From the IMG/VR virus record IMGVR_UViG_3300032294_002400: a stretch of DNA of 64,000 nucleotides. The stretch is one strand, 5' to 3'. The notes under the pieces were generated by a model that did no database searches, was not told where the DNA came from, and saw nothing but the letters and a program-made list of their open reading frames with translations. The DNA comes from an uncultured virus (IMG/VR IMGVR_UViG_3300032294_002400) (taxonomy: Duplodnaviria > Heunggongvirae > Uroviricota > Caudoviricetes). Below, piece by piece: positions 1 through 9,910 of this stretch. Position numbers and translations under genes: made by a program. Within the stretch, counting starts at the first letter, position 1. Every line of letters begins with the position of its first letter.

Positions 1-2
1 AC

Positions 3-2984
3 CCGTTGCTAGAACCTTTCCTAAACAAGAAGGTTCAAGGATCTGACGGTAAGTATTACTACCCAAACAAGTCGTACTACCAACCAATTATTCGTGGAAG
101 TGCTGAAAAGGCTGGTAAGTCTAAGGAAATGACTCCTGAGACATCAGACGTTCAGCCTTTGTTCTTTGCAATTGTTTCTCAAGATGATCCTAGCGCGGTG
201 CTTGAACTTGTTTCACTCGTTCCTGCAAGCTCTACGTCTACAGATCCTATGACATATATTCGTCGCGATAATAAGTGGGCACGCGAGGAAGAGATTCTTG
301 CAGACCTAAACTCTCCAACACCTCCGCCAGTAATTCCACTTGACGGCGAGTCACTTAAGAGTGTTATCGAGCAGGTAGACGGAATCAAGCCAGTTCTTAC
401 AGCTAGCGCTGACGCAGAGTTCTTTACAATTCTATGGGGTGCAGGCGGAAACATTATGGTTATGACCGCTGCAGGCGGTGCAGACCGCAACCGTGGAAAC
501 GCAGAGCGTCTACGTCGCTACTGGACTGTTGGTAAGGGTGGACTAAAGATTCGCTGGAACACGCCTGGCGATTGGACACGTTGCTATAGAAATCTAAAGA
601 AGTACATGGGTCCGCGCGCTAAGGGTTATTGCTCTTTGCGTCATCATGAAATGACCGGAATGTGGCCTGGAGACAAGCGTAATCCAGGAATGAAGAAGGG
701 TGCGTTTGCATTGGACGATATTCGCTCATACGATGAAGTCTTAGAGGCTTCAGTTCTTTCTGCTCGTGCAGCAGATGCTAAAGAAAGAGTTCTTTTGGCT
801 GGAGGACATACAGAAATGTCTGAAGGCTGTGCCTTTAGAATTCCTCTTGTTATTCCTGAGGATCTTGAGTCTGGAGACGGACGTAAGTTTAAGAAGAACG
901 CGATTGAAATTCGCGAGCTCCCTCTTCCTTTGATGTGGCAGATTAAATCTGCTGAAGGACATAACGGCTCGGTGGTCGTAGGTCGTATCGATCACATGGA
1001 GCGCGTTGAAAATGGTATTGGAAACGCAACCGGAGTCTTTGACTCAGGCGCGTACGGAAGAGAGGCTGAGCGTCTAGTACGTGAAGGCTTTATCCGTGGT
1101 GTTTCCGCTGACTTGGATCAATTCGAGGCAAGCCAGCACACAGTTGAATTATCTGATGATGAAGATGCTGGTAAAATTGGAACAGACAAGCTCATGATTA
1201 CTCATGCGCGTGTCATGGCGGTAACTCTAGTGCCTAAACCGGCATTTCAAGAGTGCCAAATCTACCTCGTCAATGATGGCGAGAAACAGGAGGACATTGT
1301 GATTCCCGACGGAGTATACGTCGACGAAATGGATCCAATCGAGGCATCAGCTTTAGTAGCTTGTGGTCTCGTTGCTGGTTCTGTTCCTGTCGTTCCGCCA
1401 CGCTCGTGGTTCGATAATCCAAAGCTATCTCAGGCAACACCGTTGACAGTAGACGATGAAGGCCGAGTGTTTGGTCACATTGCCGCATGGCATGTAGACC
1501 ATATTGGAATGTCGTTTGGTACCCGCCCACCTCGCTCAAAGAGCAAGTACGCCTACTTCCACACAGGAGTTATTCGTACTGATGATGGCAAGGATGTGCC
1601 AGTAGGACAATTAACATTAGCTGGTGGCCACGCTTCACTAGAGGCATCTGCGGCTGAAGCTGCTCGTCACTACGACGACACAGCATCTGCAATCGCGGAC
1701 GTTCACGCAGGCGAGGACGCCTTCGGTATCTGGGTTGCTGGTTCACTTCGCCCAGGCGTTAGCCCGGAGCAGGTTCGCGCCCTTCGCGCGTCTGCACCTT
1801 CTGGCGACTGGCGTCCAATTAAGGGACAACTTGAGCTCGTAGCGGTTTGCCAGGTAAACGTACCAGGCTTCCCTATCGCACGCGCTCGTGTAGCCTCAGG
1901 CGCGGTTATGGCACTGGTTGCGGCAGGTGCCCAGGTACTTGCACGTATGAAGTCAGATCCTGTCGCAGAATTAAGCTCTAGAATCGAAAAATTGGAGCAG
2001 TTAGAAAACGCGCAGCTTTCTGTAAAAGCTACCGCGGCAAAGGCAAAGTTTGATGAAGTTCGTGAAGAGCGTCTAGCTCAGCTTTCAGCTGCTGCCGACG
2101 CAGTATATGAGCGTATTCACGGCGAGCCTCGCTACGACGACAACTTCGGGTATATCTCTCGCGAGAAGCGCCAGAAGCTAGCCAAGGAAGGTAAGGCTCT
2201 TCCAGACGGTTCTTACCCAATTACAAACATTGATTCCCTAAAGGATTCTATTCAAGCGTACGGTCGCTCTAAGCCAGGCAAGCGAGCAGCTGTTCGCCGC
2301 CACATCTCAAAGATGGCACGTAAGTTTGATCGCCCAGATCTCATCCCAGAAAACTGGAAATCACTGTCTACTGTAGACGAGGACGTAGATGATTTACGCG
2401 CTCGCCTCGCAGAGTTTTCCGCTAAGCTAGGCGATGATATGGGAAAAACATTAGCGGTTGAGGTTCAAGAGCAGGGTAAATATAACCCTGACACTCAACC
2501 GCGCGATGCAAAAGGCAAGTTTCGTCAGGTTTTAGCCCGCATTAAGCAGGATGCGGGCGTGTCTGGTCTCCAAGATGTTATTGAAAAAATCGAGGAGACA
2601 GAAAATCTTGATGATGCTGGAAACTACGTAGAAGCTACTAAGTCAGCGGGAGATGTTATCTCGATAATTGACCGCATTGACTCAGGAGCCCTTAACCCAG
2701 ATGCACTAGAAAATATTCGTTCCTCGGCAAGAGCCCTAGGTAAGGCTGTTGCTAACCTTCCTTTGCCTTTCGGGAGCGATACGGAGAAGGTCCGCTATAG
2801 CGATCTTCCTCCAGCCCTTCAAAATCTTATCAAAGATATGATGTCAAGGGTAGAAGAAAAGATCGGCGACGAAGACGCTGATAAGGCGACCACGGGGCTG
2901 AGGTCGTTTATGTCTGGCGGAGATTACTTTACTCAGCAGGAAATTTCCTCCGAGTTAAGTAAGCTTCTCAGACTATTAACCTGA
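3..2984 (+). CDS. Multi-domain capsid maturation (prohead) protease / head morphogenesis protein, 5'-truncated by window edge
   Basis: Frame is open to the window start. Prohead-protease-like segment (LPLMWQ..GH..VVVGRI..GVSADLD..VTLVPKPAF) is followed by a second protease-like segment (GRVFGHIAAW..SGDWR..VNVPGFP). Lies immediately upstream of the capsid gene. Confidence 0.75.
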   Translation, partial: PLLEPFLNKKVQGSDGKYYYPNKSYYQPIIRGSAEKAGKSKEMTPETSDVQPLFFAIVSQDDPSAVLELVSLVPASSTSTDPMTYIRRDNKWAREEEILADLNSPTPPPVIPLDGESLKSVIEQVDGIKPVLTASADAEFFTILWGAGGNIMVMTAAGGADRNRGNAERLRRYWTVGKGGLKIRWNTPGDWTRCYRNLKKYMGPRAKGYCSLRHHEMTGMWPGDKRNPGMKKGAFALDDIRSYDEVLEASVLSARAADAKERVLLAGGHTEMSEGCAFRIPLVIPEDLESGDGRKFKKNAIEIRELPLPLMWQIKSAEGHNGSVVVGRIDHMERVENGIGNATGVFDSGAYGREAERLVREGFIRGVSADLDQFEASQHTVELSDDEDAGKIGTDKLMITHARVMAVTLVPKPAFQECQIYLVNDGEKQEDIVIPDGVYVDEMDPIEASALVACGLVAGSVPVVPPRSWFDNPKLSQATPLTVDDEGRVFGHIAAWHVDHIGMSFGTRPPRSKSKYAYFHTGVIRTDDGKDVPVGQLTLAGGHASLEASAAEAARHYDDTASAIADVHAGEDAFGIWVAGSLRPGVSPEQVRALRASAPSGDWRPIKGQLELVAVCQVNVPGFPIARARVASGAVMALVAAGAQVLARMKSDPVAELSSRIEKLEQLENAQLSVKATAAKAKFDEVREERLAQLSAAADAVYERIHGEPRYDDNFGYISREKRQKLAKEGKALPDGSYPITNIDSLKDSIQAYGRSKPGKRAAVRRHISKMARKFDRPDLIPENWKSLSTVDEDVDDLRARLAEFSAKLGDDMGKTLAVEVQEQGKYNPDTQPRDAKGKFRQVLARIKQDAGVSGLQDVIEKIEETENLDDAGNYVEATKSAGDVISIIDRIDSGALNPDALENIRSSARALGKAVANLPLPFGSDTEKVRYSDLPPALQNLIKDMMSRVEEKIGDEDADKATTGLRSFMSGGDYFTQQEISSELSKLLRLLT

Positions 2985-3104
2985 GAAATATAATGTATTA
3001 TTCAATATAGGTGGAGTGCCTTAATGCGCCGCATTAAGTCCCTCGGCCTTGACTGATTAGCGAATGAACAACTCGTTCATCATGACTGGCCCGGAGGAGG
3101 GACA

Positions 3105-5072
3105 GTGGACCAAATTAAACTAATGATTGACCAGCTCTCTGAGCTCAACGAGGAACAACTCGCAGAGCTACAGACTGCTATTGTCAACGAGTTTGAAACG
3201 GTTGAGAAGGAAGATCCAACTCCCCAGACAGTAGACGCCATGACATCTCTAGCCGATATGCTTGACACCGTTCGCGGTGAAATCAAGGGTCGTGCAGCTG
3301 CAGCTGAAGAGCTTGCAGCACGCGCTGCGGAAGCAGCAATGCGCGTTAAAGGCGAAGAAGATGCCCCTGCAGAAGCTCCAGAAGGTGATATGCCTGAAGA
3401 GACTCCTGCCAAAACTGATGAAGCTGATGAAGCTGAAGAAGAAGAGAAGAAGGAAATGCCAATGGCAGCGTCAACATCTGTGGAAGAAGCATCTGAACTA
3501 TCAACCTCAGTAGAACCAACCGAAACAACCACAACAGAGGCAACAGAGCCTGCAGCTGAACTTTCAGCTCCAGAAGAAGTTGCTGCAACTGAGACAGAAG
3601 CTGCGGTAGAGGCAACTCCACAAACCGAGCTTTCAACAGAACCAGCCGAGGCTGAAGTTGTTGCAGAGACACCTGCTGAAGAAGCAGTTGTTGCATCAGC
3701 TGAAGTCGAGGAATCAACAGAAACAATCGAAACAACCGAAGCGCCTACAGCGCAGGAAGATCAGGAGGCACCAGTGACCGCCGCCGCAAACGAGCCGGAC
3801 GCTTTAATTGAAGCTCCAGCAGATCGCCGCCCAGTAGCACAGGCTTCAGTAGCTCCAGTGGCAATCACTGCAGGCGCTGATATCCCTGGTTACACAGCCG
3901 GATCTGCAATTACAGACATGTCAGAAGTTGCACAAGCAATGTCAAAGCGCTTGCACACACTTCGTCGTGTAAACGGTGGAGATGGAGAGCAGCACATTGT
4001 TGCTTCTATCACCACACAGTACCCAGAAGATCGCACTCTTTCAACAGATGCAGAATCTAACTGGGGCAAGATTCAGAAGGTAGTCGGTCCTGAGGCACTT
4101 GTTGCTTCTGGCGGACACCAAGCTCCATTCGAAGTTAAGTACGACATCTTCGGACTTGGCACAGCAGTACGCCCAGTTCGCGATTGCCTACCTCGCTTCC
4201 AAGCAGACCGTGGCGGTATCCGCTACATCGTTCCACCAGTTCTATCTGACTACGCTAACGCTGTAGGCATCTGGACTGCTGCAAACGATTCAGCAGAAAC
4301 ACCATCACCATCAGCTAAGCTAAGCTTAACTGTAACAGCAGCATCTGAGACAACAGTCGCAACTGACGCTGTAACACTACAGCTACAGTTCGGTAACCTC
4401 CTAACTCGCGCGTATCCTGAGTTGATCGCTCGTCACAACGAGCTTGGTCTAATCCAGCACGCACGTGAGGCTGAAGGCAACCTATTGTCAAAGATCGGCG
4501 ATGCTTCAACGGCAGTTACATCAACATCAATCATTGGTGTTGCTCGTGACTTCCTAGTACAGATCGGCCGCGCTGCAGCAGCTTACCGTTCACGTCACCG
4601 TCTAGAGGCTGACGCGCCACTTCGCGCAATCATGCCAGCATGGATCAAGGACGCAATGGCAGCTGACCTCGCTCTATCAGCACCTGGAGATAACCTCCTA
4701 AATGCATACGGCGAGATCGATGGCCTACTTGCAGCACGTGGCATCAACGTATGCTACACAATCGACGGTTCAGCGCTCACAACCTCACAAGGTGCGAACG
4801 CAATGAACGAGTTCACAGATACATTCGTCTGGTACTTGTTCGCTGAAGGAACATTCTTGTTCCTAGACGGCGGCACACTGGATCTAGGTATCATCCGTGA
4901 CTCCACCCTCGTTGGCACAAACGACTACAAGATGTTCGTAGAAACATTTGAAGGCGTTGCTAAGGTAGGCGTTGAGTCACTCAAGGTAACATCAACCATC
5001 TCTGTAAACGGTGCAGCAGCTGCTCTCCGTGACACACTAGGTGGCGTTACAGCAGCAGTAATCGAATACTAA
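3105..5072 (+). CDS. Major capsid protein (hexamer type) with fused N-terminal acidic scaffold region
   Basis: GTG start with GGAGGAGG RBS. About 250 aa of Glu/Ala/Thr-rich linker precede a capsid-like domain (LVASGG..RGGIRY..FLDGGTLDLGIIRDS..NDYKMFVETFEG), as in actinophage capsids. Confidence 0.85.
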   Translation: MDQIKLMIDQLSELNEEQLAELQTAIVNEFETVEKEDPTPQTVDAMTSLADMLDTVRGEIKGRAAAAEELAARAAEAAMRVKGEEDAPAEAPEGDMPEETPAKTDEADEAEEEEKKEMPMAASTSVEEASELSTSVEPTETTTTEATEPAAELSAPEEVAATETEAAVEATPQTELSTEPAEAEVVAETPAEEAVVASAEVEESTETIETTEAPTAQEDQEAPVTAAANEPDALIEAPADRRPVAQASVAPVAITAGADIPGYTAGSAITDMSEVAQAMSKRLHTLRRVNGGDGEQHIVASITTQYPEDRTLSTDAESNWGKIQKVVGPEALVASGGHQAPFEVKYDIFGLGTAVRPVRDCLPRFQADRGGIRYIVPPVLSDYANAVGIWTAANDSAETPSPSAKLSLTVTAASETTVATDAVTLQLQFGNLLTRAYPELIARHNELGLIQHAREAEGNLLSKIGDASTAVTSTSIIGVARDFLVQIGRAAAAYRSRHRLEADAPLRAIMPAWIKDAMAADLALSAPGDNLLNAYGEIDGLLAARGINVCYTIDGSALTTSQGANAMNEFTDTFVWYLFAEGTFLFLDGGTLDLGIIRDSTLVGTNDYKMFVETFEGVAKVGVESLKVTSTISVNGAAAALRDTLGGVTAAVIEY

Positions 5073-5119
5073 TAGTTATTCGATAGTCGTTGAGGGGGAG
5101 CTCGGAAACGGGCTCCCCC
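5061..5119 (+). terminator. Two tandem hairpins after the capsid gene (terminator or mRNA stabiliser)
   Basis: ATCGAATA/TATTCGAT (5061-5084) and GGGGGAGCTCG-GAAA-CGGGCTCCCCC (5094-5119). No U-tract follows. Confidence 0.65.
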
Positions 5120-5162
5120 GATACGAAAACAAAAAACTAAACTTTTAAGTTAGGAAAAGCAA

Positions 5163-6035
5163 ATGGCTTTTAGAGGAATTTTTGACGCTCCGAAGATCAT
5201 GCCTTCAGCATTCGGTCTTTTCGTTGTAGCTAAGCCAAACTCTCCTGTAGCCGAAGATCAATGGGTCCGCGGATTCTCCCAACTATGGGATACACGTCCA
5301 AACTACGGACGCAACTTGGACGATACAGATAACACTTCTGAAGAACTTTTTTCTGATGCATCATCACCGTTATACACCGAGCACAAGCCATTTTTTATCG
5401 AGGTAGAAGACTACCGTTCAACATTTGGTCTTAACGGTGAAGATCGTTTTGCTCGCGTACTTCGCCAGCTTGAAGGCATCAGCCAGCACGCATGCGAGGT
5501 CGAGTTTTGGGACGGAGCTATCGCTGAAGGCGAGTCGCTATCTAACCCATATCTAACACGTGAAAATGGCGCTACTATTCTTAATAGTGGAACAGCGCTT
5601 TCACCACGTCGTGCGGTAGCTCTTCTAGAGCACGAAATCGGCCAGATGTCAGCAGCTGGTGAGCAGGGCATCATTCACATGACCCGCGACACAGCAGCTC
5701 TTCTCAGCTCGACAAGCAACATGCTTTTCCACGATAAGGACACGGAGCACCTACAGACTGTCGGTGGGACTCCTGTAGTAGTAGGGTCTGGTTACTCAGG
5801 TAATGGACCTATCGGTGCAACTGGCGCAACAGCGTCAGCCATAAACAAATGGATTTACGCAACTGGAACAGTTAGGGTCTACCTTGGCGAGCCAGATGTA
5901 GTAAACGACAATCTAGCACAAGGCTATGATGTGTCGGGGAACGCTAATGATATGCGTATCAAGGCAACCCGAGCAGCTTCGGTCTATTTTGACAGCTCGA
6001 TCTATCTAGCAGTCAGAGTTGATCTAACCGCGTAA
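5163..6035 (+). CDS. Second capsid-type protein, probably major capsid pentamer protein
   Basis: 290 aa, between capsid and major tail genes. Motifs (E.EFWDG, A.LLE, GIIH, T.GGTPVVVGSGY, WIYATG.V) resemble the pentamer protein of Rosebush-like actinophages (from recall). Confidence 0.6.
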   Translation: MAFRGIFDAPKIMPSAFGLFVVAKPNSPVAEDQWVRGFSQLWDTRPNYGRNLDDTDNTSEELFSDASSPLYTEHKPFFIEVEDYRSTFGLNGEDRFARVLRQLEGISQHACEVEFWDGAIAEGESLSNPYLTRENGATILNSGTALSPRRAVALLEHEIGQMSAAGEQGIIHMTRDTAALLSSTSNMLFHDKDTEHLQTVGGTPVVVGSGYSGNGPIGATGATASAINKWIYATGTVRVYLGEPDVVNDNLAQGYDVSGNANDMRIKATRAASVYFDSSIYLAVRVDLTA

Positions 6036-6081
6036 AATATACGTATTAGTAGCCGCCTCTAAATAAGGAGAAACAAACACA

Positions 6082-7128
6082 ATGGCAACTCAAGAATACG
6101 CCGCCAGTATTCAGGGCGTGTCAATTCGAGTAACTCGACTTGACGCGTCTGGCAACCTCCTGAATGAGCCTGGCGACAGCTACACAACATCTGCGTTCAT
6201 GCGTCTTTCATTCACACCTGAATACGAAGAAGGCGATGAAATTACAGAAAAAGGCGCTAATGGCGCTGTCTGCGTAACATACAAGTCTCCAGATACTTTA
6301 AAGCGTATCACAATGGAACTTGCTATCTGTGAGCCAGACCCAGAATTAACACAGCTTCTATCAGGTGGTTTATTGCTTCGTAAGAATCTTGGAACATACG
6401 CAGAGCCAGATCGTAAGTCAATCGGTTGGTCTTCTCCTGCAACAGGTGATGACCCAGCTGGTAACGGCGTTGCTATCGAGACATGGTCACATGCAATCAT
6501 CGACGGTAAGAAGGCTTCAACACTTCCTTACTTCCACTGGGTGTTCCCATACGCGAAGCTTCGCCTTTCAGGCGACCGCGTAATTGAGAATGGTTTGCTT
6601 GCAAACACATTCGAAGGTTACGGCCTTGGAAACACAGCATTTGCTCTAGGTCTTGATGAGCGCTGGGAGTTCCCAACAGCAACAGAGCGTCCATACTCAT
6701 ATGCTCGCTCATCATGGGCTCCAACAGGACGCAAGGGCTTCTACAGCTGGCACGGAGATATTACAAAGACTATCTCAAACGTTGCTCGTACTTCTTCTAC
6801 GGCGACTATCACGACATCTGCAGCTCATACATTTGAAGCTGGAGACACAGTAGTTGTTTCTGGTCTAACTACTACAGCGTTGAACGGTACATACACAATC
6901 ACTACTGTACCAACAACCACAACATTTACATACACAACTACAACAAGTGGCTCAATTGCGTCTACATCAGACGCAGGTACCGCTTTAGTTACAGCGAACT
7001 CACGTGCGGTGACAGACTTCACTTCACAGGGTTCAACATCTTCATACAACGTTCCAGGTAATGAAGTATACAACGCAGATCTTCCTGTAGACTTCATCAT
7101 CGCTTCAACAGAGGATCCAACCTCTTAA
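6082..7128 (+). CDS. Major tail (tube) protein with C-terminal beta-rich accessory domain
   Basis: N-terminus IQGVSIRVTRLDASG and EYEEGDEI..K.ANG..C are typical of actinophage tail tube proteins. Strong RBS (AAGGAG). Confidence 0.8.
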   Translation: MATQEYAASIQGVSIRVTRLDASGNLLNEPGDSYTTSAFMRLSFTPEYEEGDEITEKGANGAVCVTYKSPDTLKRITMELAICEPDPELTQLLSGGLLLRKNLGTYAEPDRKSIGWSSPATGDDPAGNGVAIETWSHAIIDGKKASTLPYFHWVFPYAKLRLSGDRVIENGLLANTFEGYGLGNTAFALGLDERWEFPTATERPYSYARSSWAPTGRKGFYSWHGDITKTISNVARTSSTATITTSAAHTFEAGDTVVVSGLTTTALNGTYTITTVPTTTTFTYTTTTSGSIASTSDAGTALVTANSRAVTDFTSQGSTSSYNVPGNEVYNADLPVDFIIASTEDPTS

Positions 7129-7139
7129 TAATAGAATGT

Positions 7140-7190
7140 GAGCGGCATGCCAATGTGTTATTACCAACACAGGCATGCCGCTCCTTTATT
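7140..7190 (+). terminator. Intrinsic terminator after major tail gene
   Basis: GAGCGGCATGCC...GGCATGCCGCTC stem, extended by TGTGTT/AACACA, followed by CTTTATT. Confidence 0.75.
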
Positions 7191-7227
7191 AAGATACGAA
7201 TTAACGACGATTAGACAGGACAAATAA

Positions 7228-8595
7228 GTGTCAAACCTTTGGGTTTCGGTAGATGAGCTCGACAGATATTCAGATCATGAATATGCGTATGAGGCAGTTA
7301 AAGTTGCATCTCAACTACTATGGTCAATGTCTGGTCGTAAGTTTAACGGTATAAATACTGTAACAGAAAAATATGTTTGCGCATCTCGCGCGTACCGTTT
7401 AGGTGCTTCTGCACGTAACTACACTCCAGAGCTAGTCGGCGGCGAGATGTATAACATTCCTTTTGATGAATTTGACGACTATGCCGAGCTTACAACAGAC
7501 GGTATGTCACCTTCAACACGTCTACGTCTTCGCGGCACGCCAGTTGTCGCTATTCACTCCGTGCGTAACCGTACAGGATCTATCGTAGACCCTGCAAATT
7601 ATTATTTAGTAGATCATTCAACACTTCAAGCACGTCAGGGCACATCCTGGGCGCCTTGCAACATTGAGGTAACGTATTCCTATGGATCTCCTCCAAATGC
7701 GGCTGGAAAAGCAGCTGCGCGTGTTTTAGCTACAGAGTTTATTAAGCTTTGGTCAGGCGACGACGATTGTGCATTGCCGCAACGCATTACCGCGATCTCT
7801 CGCCAAGGCGTTTCATACACAGTTCTTGACAACCAGGACTTTATTGATGAGCTTCGTACAGGTTTATACGTAGTAGACCTTTTCCTTAAGTCTTCAAACC
7901 CAGACAAGGCACGTGCAAAGGCTAAGGTATTTAGCCCAGACGTTCCACGCGCTCGTCGTCACGTTGCTAAGCCTCCAGTCTTGCCTAGAACTATCTTAGA
8001 TATGTTCATTACAGGCGCAGAAGGTGGAACACTTGACGTAAACATTGACTACATCAACGCCGCGTTCCTCGTGACAAACGATGACTGGATTCCAACGCTT
8101 AAGATCGGCAACTACACCGCGACTAAGACAAAAGATCTTGGCTCAGGCGCTGTATCTATTAACTCGATCACTACAGACATCTCTAAGTCAATTACGCATA
8201 AGCAACTTGCGGATAACATGGCAATTATTACCACGTCTACTGCTCACGGGTTCTCAGTAGGCGACTACGTGACAATCTCAGGCATTAACGCGACCTTCAA
8301 TGGCTCGTACTACATCAGCGAGGTGCCTACAAGCACGACGTTTATGTACGCTAAGGTCGCCAATGATGTTGCGTACGGCGCAGACACAGGTACAGCGTTG
8401 GTTACTAATGAATCTCGCGATACATTAACTCTCTCAGTTACATATAATGATGCCTACGCATACGCAGGATTTTTAGACCCAGGTACGTGGGACCTTTACG
8501 CGACAAAGGGCGACGAAACTGTGTATATTGCGTCAGGTAACTTAATGCTTCAATTAGGTAAGACTACTACACCTACCTATACACTAGACAACTAG
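7228..8595 (+). CDS. Head-to-tail adaptor with C-terminal extension
   Basis: A...ASQLLWSMSGRKF, V.Y.YG..P, C.LP.R.T.ISRQGVS and TGLY.VDLFL..NP motifs typical of actinophage adaptors; consistent synteny. Confidence 0.7.
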   Translation: MSNLWVSVDELDRYSDHEYAYEAVKVASQLLWSMSGRKFNGINTVTEKYVCASRAYRLGASARNYTPELVGGEMYNIPFDEFDDYAELTTDGMSPSTRLRLRGTPVVAIHSVRNRTGSIVDPANYYLVDHSTLQARQGTSWAPCNIEVTYSYGSPPNAAGKAAARVLATEFIKLWSGDDDCALPQRITAISRQGVSYTVLDNQDFIDELRTGLYVVDLFLKSSNPDKARAKAKVFSPDVPRARRHVAKPPVLPRTILDMFITGAEGGTLDVNIDYINAAFLVTNDDWIPTLKIGNYTATKTKDLGSGAVSINSITTDISKSITHKQLADNMAIITTSTAHGFSVGDYVTISGINATFNGSYYISEVPTSTTFMYAKVANDVAYGADTGTALVTNESRDTLTLSVTYNDAYAYAGFLDPGTWDLYATKGDETVYIASGNLMLQLGKTTTPTYTLDN

Positions 8596-8605
8596 GAGAC
8601 GCGAC

Positions 8606-9109
8606 ATGTCAATCGTTGATATCTCCACAGTAGATTCTAGAGCACTACATCTTAAGACCTTTTTAGACAAGGTTCTTGCAAAGGTAGTAGAAACATACGA
8701 TGAGTACAACGTATATCTACCTTCACGTCAGTTTTGGACCATGGGTGAGCCTGCAATTGATTGCGAGCAGCTTGTTGTTTCATTTATTCAAATGTATCTA
8801 GGTCTTCCTGGAGATCAGGCAAGCCAACCACAACGTTGCACCCAGCCAAGAACAGCGGTTCTTAGCATTTCTGTATCTCGCCAGATCCCAGTAGTTGGGA
8901 ATAACGGCAAGGCTCCTACTGGAGAAAAAATCCAAGAGGGTTCAGAGATCGCGGCAGTTGATTGCTACCTATTTATGGAGCTTATTCGTCGTCTTGACCA
9001 GTGGGAAGAGAACGAATACGGCATGGGCGTTATTGCAACTGTCGAGGCGGGAAACCCTGAGGGCGGCTTCGAGACCGTTCGTATGCAGGTATCTATGGTG
9101 GTCCCATAA
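8606..9109 (+). CDS. Head-tail joining / tail terminator-like protein
   Basis: Synteny in the neck module; P..DCEQL.V and GG motifs. Confidence 0.5.
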   Translation: MSIVDISTVDSRALHLKTFLDKVLAKVVETYDEYNVYLPSRQFWTMGEPAIDCEQLVVSFIQMYLGLPGDQASQPQRCTQPRTAVLSISVSRQIPVVGNNGKAPTGEKIQEGSEIAAVDCYLFMELIRRLDQWEENEYGMGVIATVEAGNPEGGFETVRMQVSMVVP

Positions 9110-9504
9110 TGGCAGTAACTAAGACAACAATAGTTTTTCGCCCACGCGCTCTTGACTTTTTACTAAACGACCCGTACGGTCCAGTAGGGCGACATCTGTT
9201 TGCTCGCGGCCGTCTTATCATGGCAGCAGCTAAAAACCAGGTTGGCGTAAAGACAGGACGCTTAAAAGCTTCTATACACATGCGACAAGAGCGGGATCCT
9301 TTGGGCCAGCAGATACGTATAGGCTCACCTTTAAGCTATGCGCTTATGCACCATGAAGGCACACGCCCACACATCATTACACCTAATCGCGCTCAAGTTT
9401 TAAGGTTTAGCTCAGGTGGGAGAATTATTTACACGCACGCTGTAAGACACCCTGGAACAAGGCCAAATAGGTACCTCACCGATAACCTTTATTTGATAAG
9501 ATAA
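9109..9504 (+). CDS. HK97 gp10-like tail completion protein
   Basis: V.TGRLKASI, YA..HHEGTRPH.I.P and V.HPGT.PN.YL motifs. Confidence 0.7.
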   Translation: MAVTKTTIVFRPRALDFLLNDPYGPVGRHLFARGRLIMAAAKNQVGVKTGRLKASIHMRQERDPLGQQIRIGSPLSYALMHHEGTRPHIITPNRAQVLRFSSGGRIIYTHAVRHPGTRPNRYLTDNLYLIR

Positions 9505-9562
9505 CCTAGAATTAAAGCACGTGCTTTAATAAAGACACCAACACAATACGGAGGAAGAAATA

Positions 9563-9910
9563 ATGACCAAGTTCAAAGATTTTGGTTCTGACGATGCAGG
9601 TGAAAAAGAGTCGGTATCGTTTAAGATTCACGGTGAAGAATTCTTTTGCCGTCCAGAGCTTCAAGGCAAGGTTCTTTTAGACCTGGTTGCCAAATCAAGT
9701 TCTGATGACCCAGCTGAAGCTGCCAACGCAATTAACTTTTTCTTTAAGCATGCGCTTATTGAAGAAAGCTACGAGCGCTTTAATGCTCTTCTAGTCCACC
9801 CAGAAAAGATTGTTCAAATGGAAAAACTAGGAGAGATTAGCGGGTGGCTCGTTGAAGTGTACTCTTCGCGCCCGAACGAGGGGCCAGAAGTCTCCTCTCC
9901 TGGGGAATAG
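9563..9910 (+). CDS. Tail assembly chaperone (gpG-like)
   Basis: Small acidic ORF two genes before the tape measure; ends with ..WLVEVYSSRP. Confidence 0.7.
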   Translation: MTKFKDFGSDDAGEKESVSFKIHGEEFFCRPELQGKVLLDLVAKSSSDDPAEAANAINFFFKHALIEESYERFNALLVHPEKIVQMEKLGEISGWLVEVYSSRPNEGPEVSSPGE

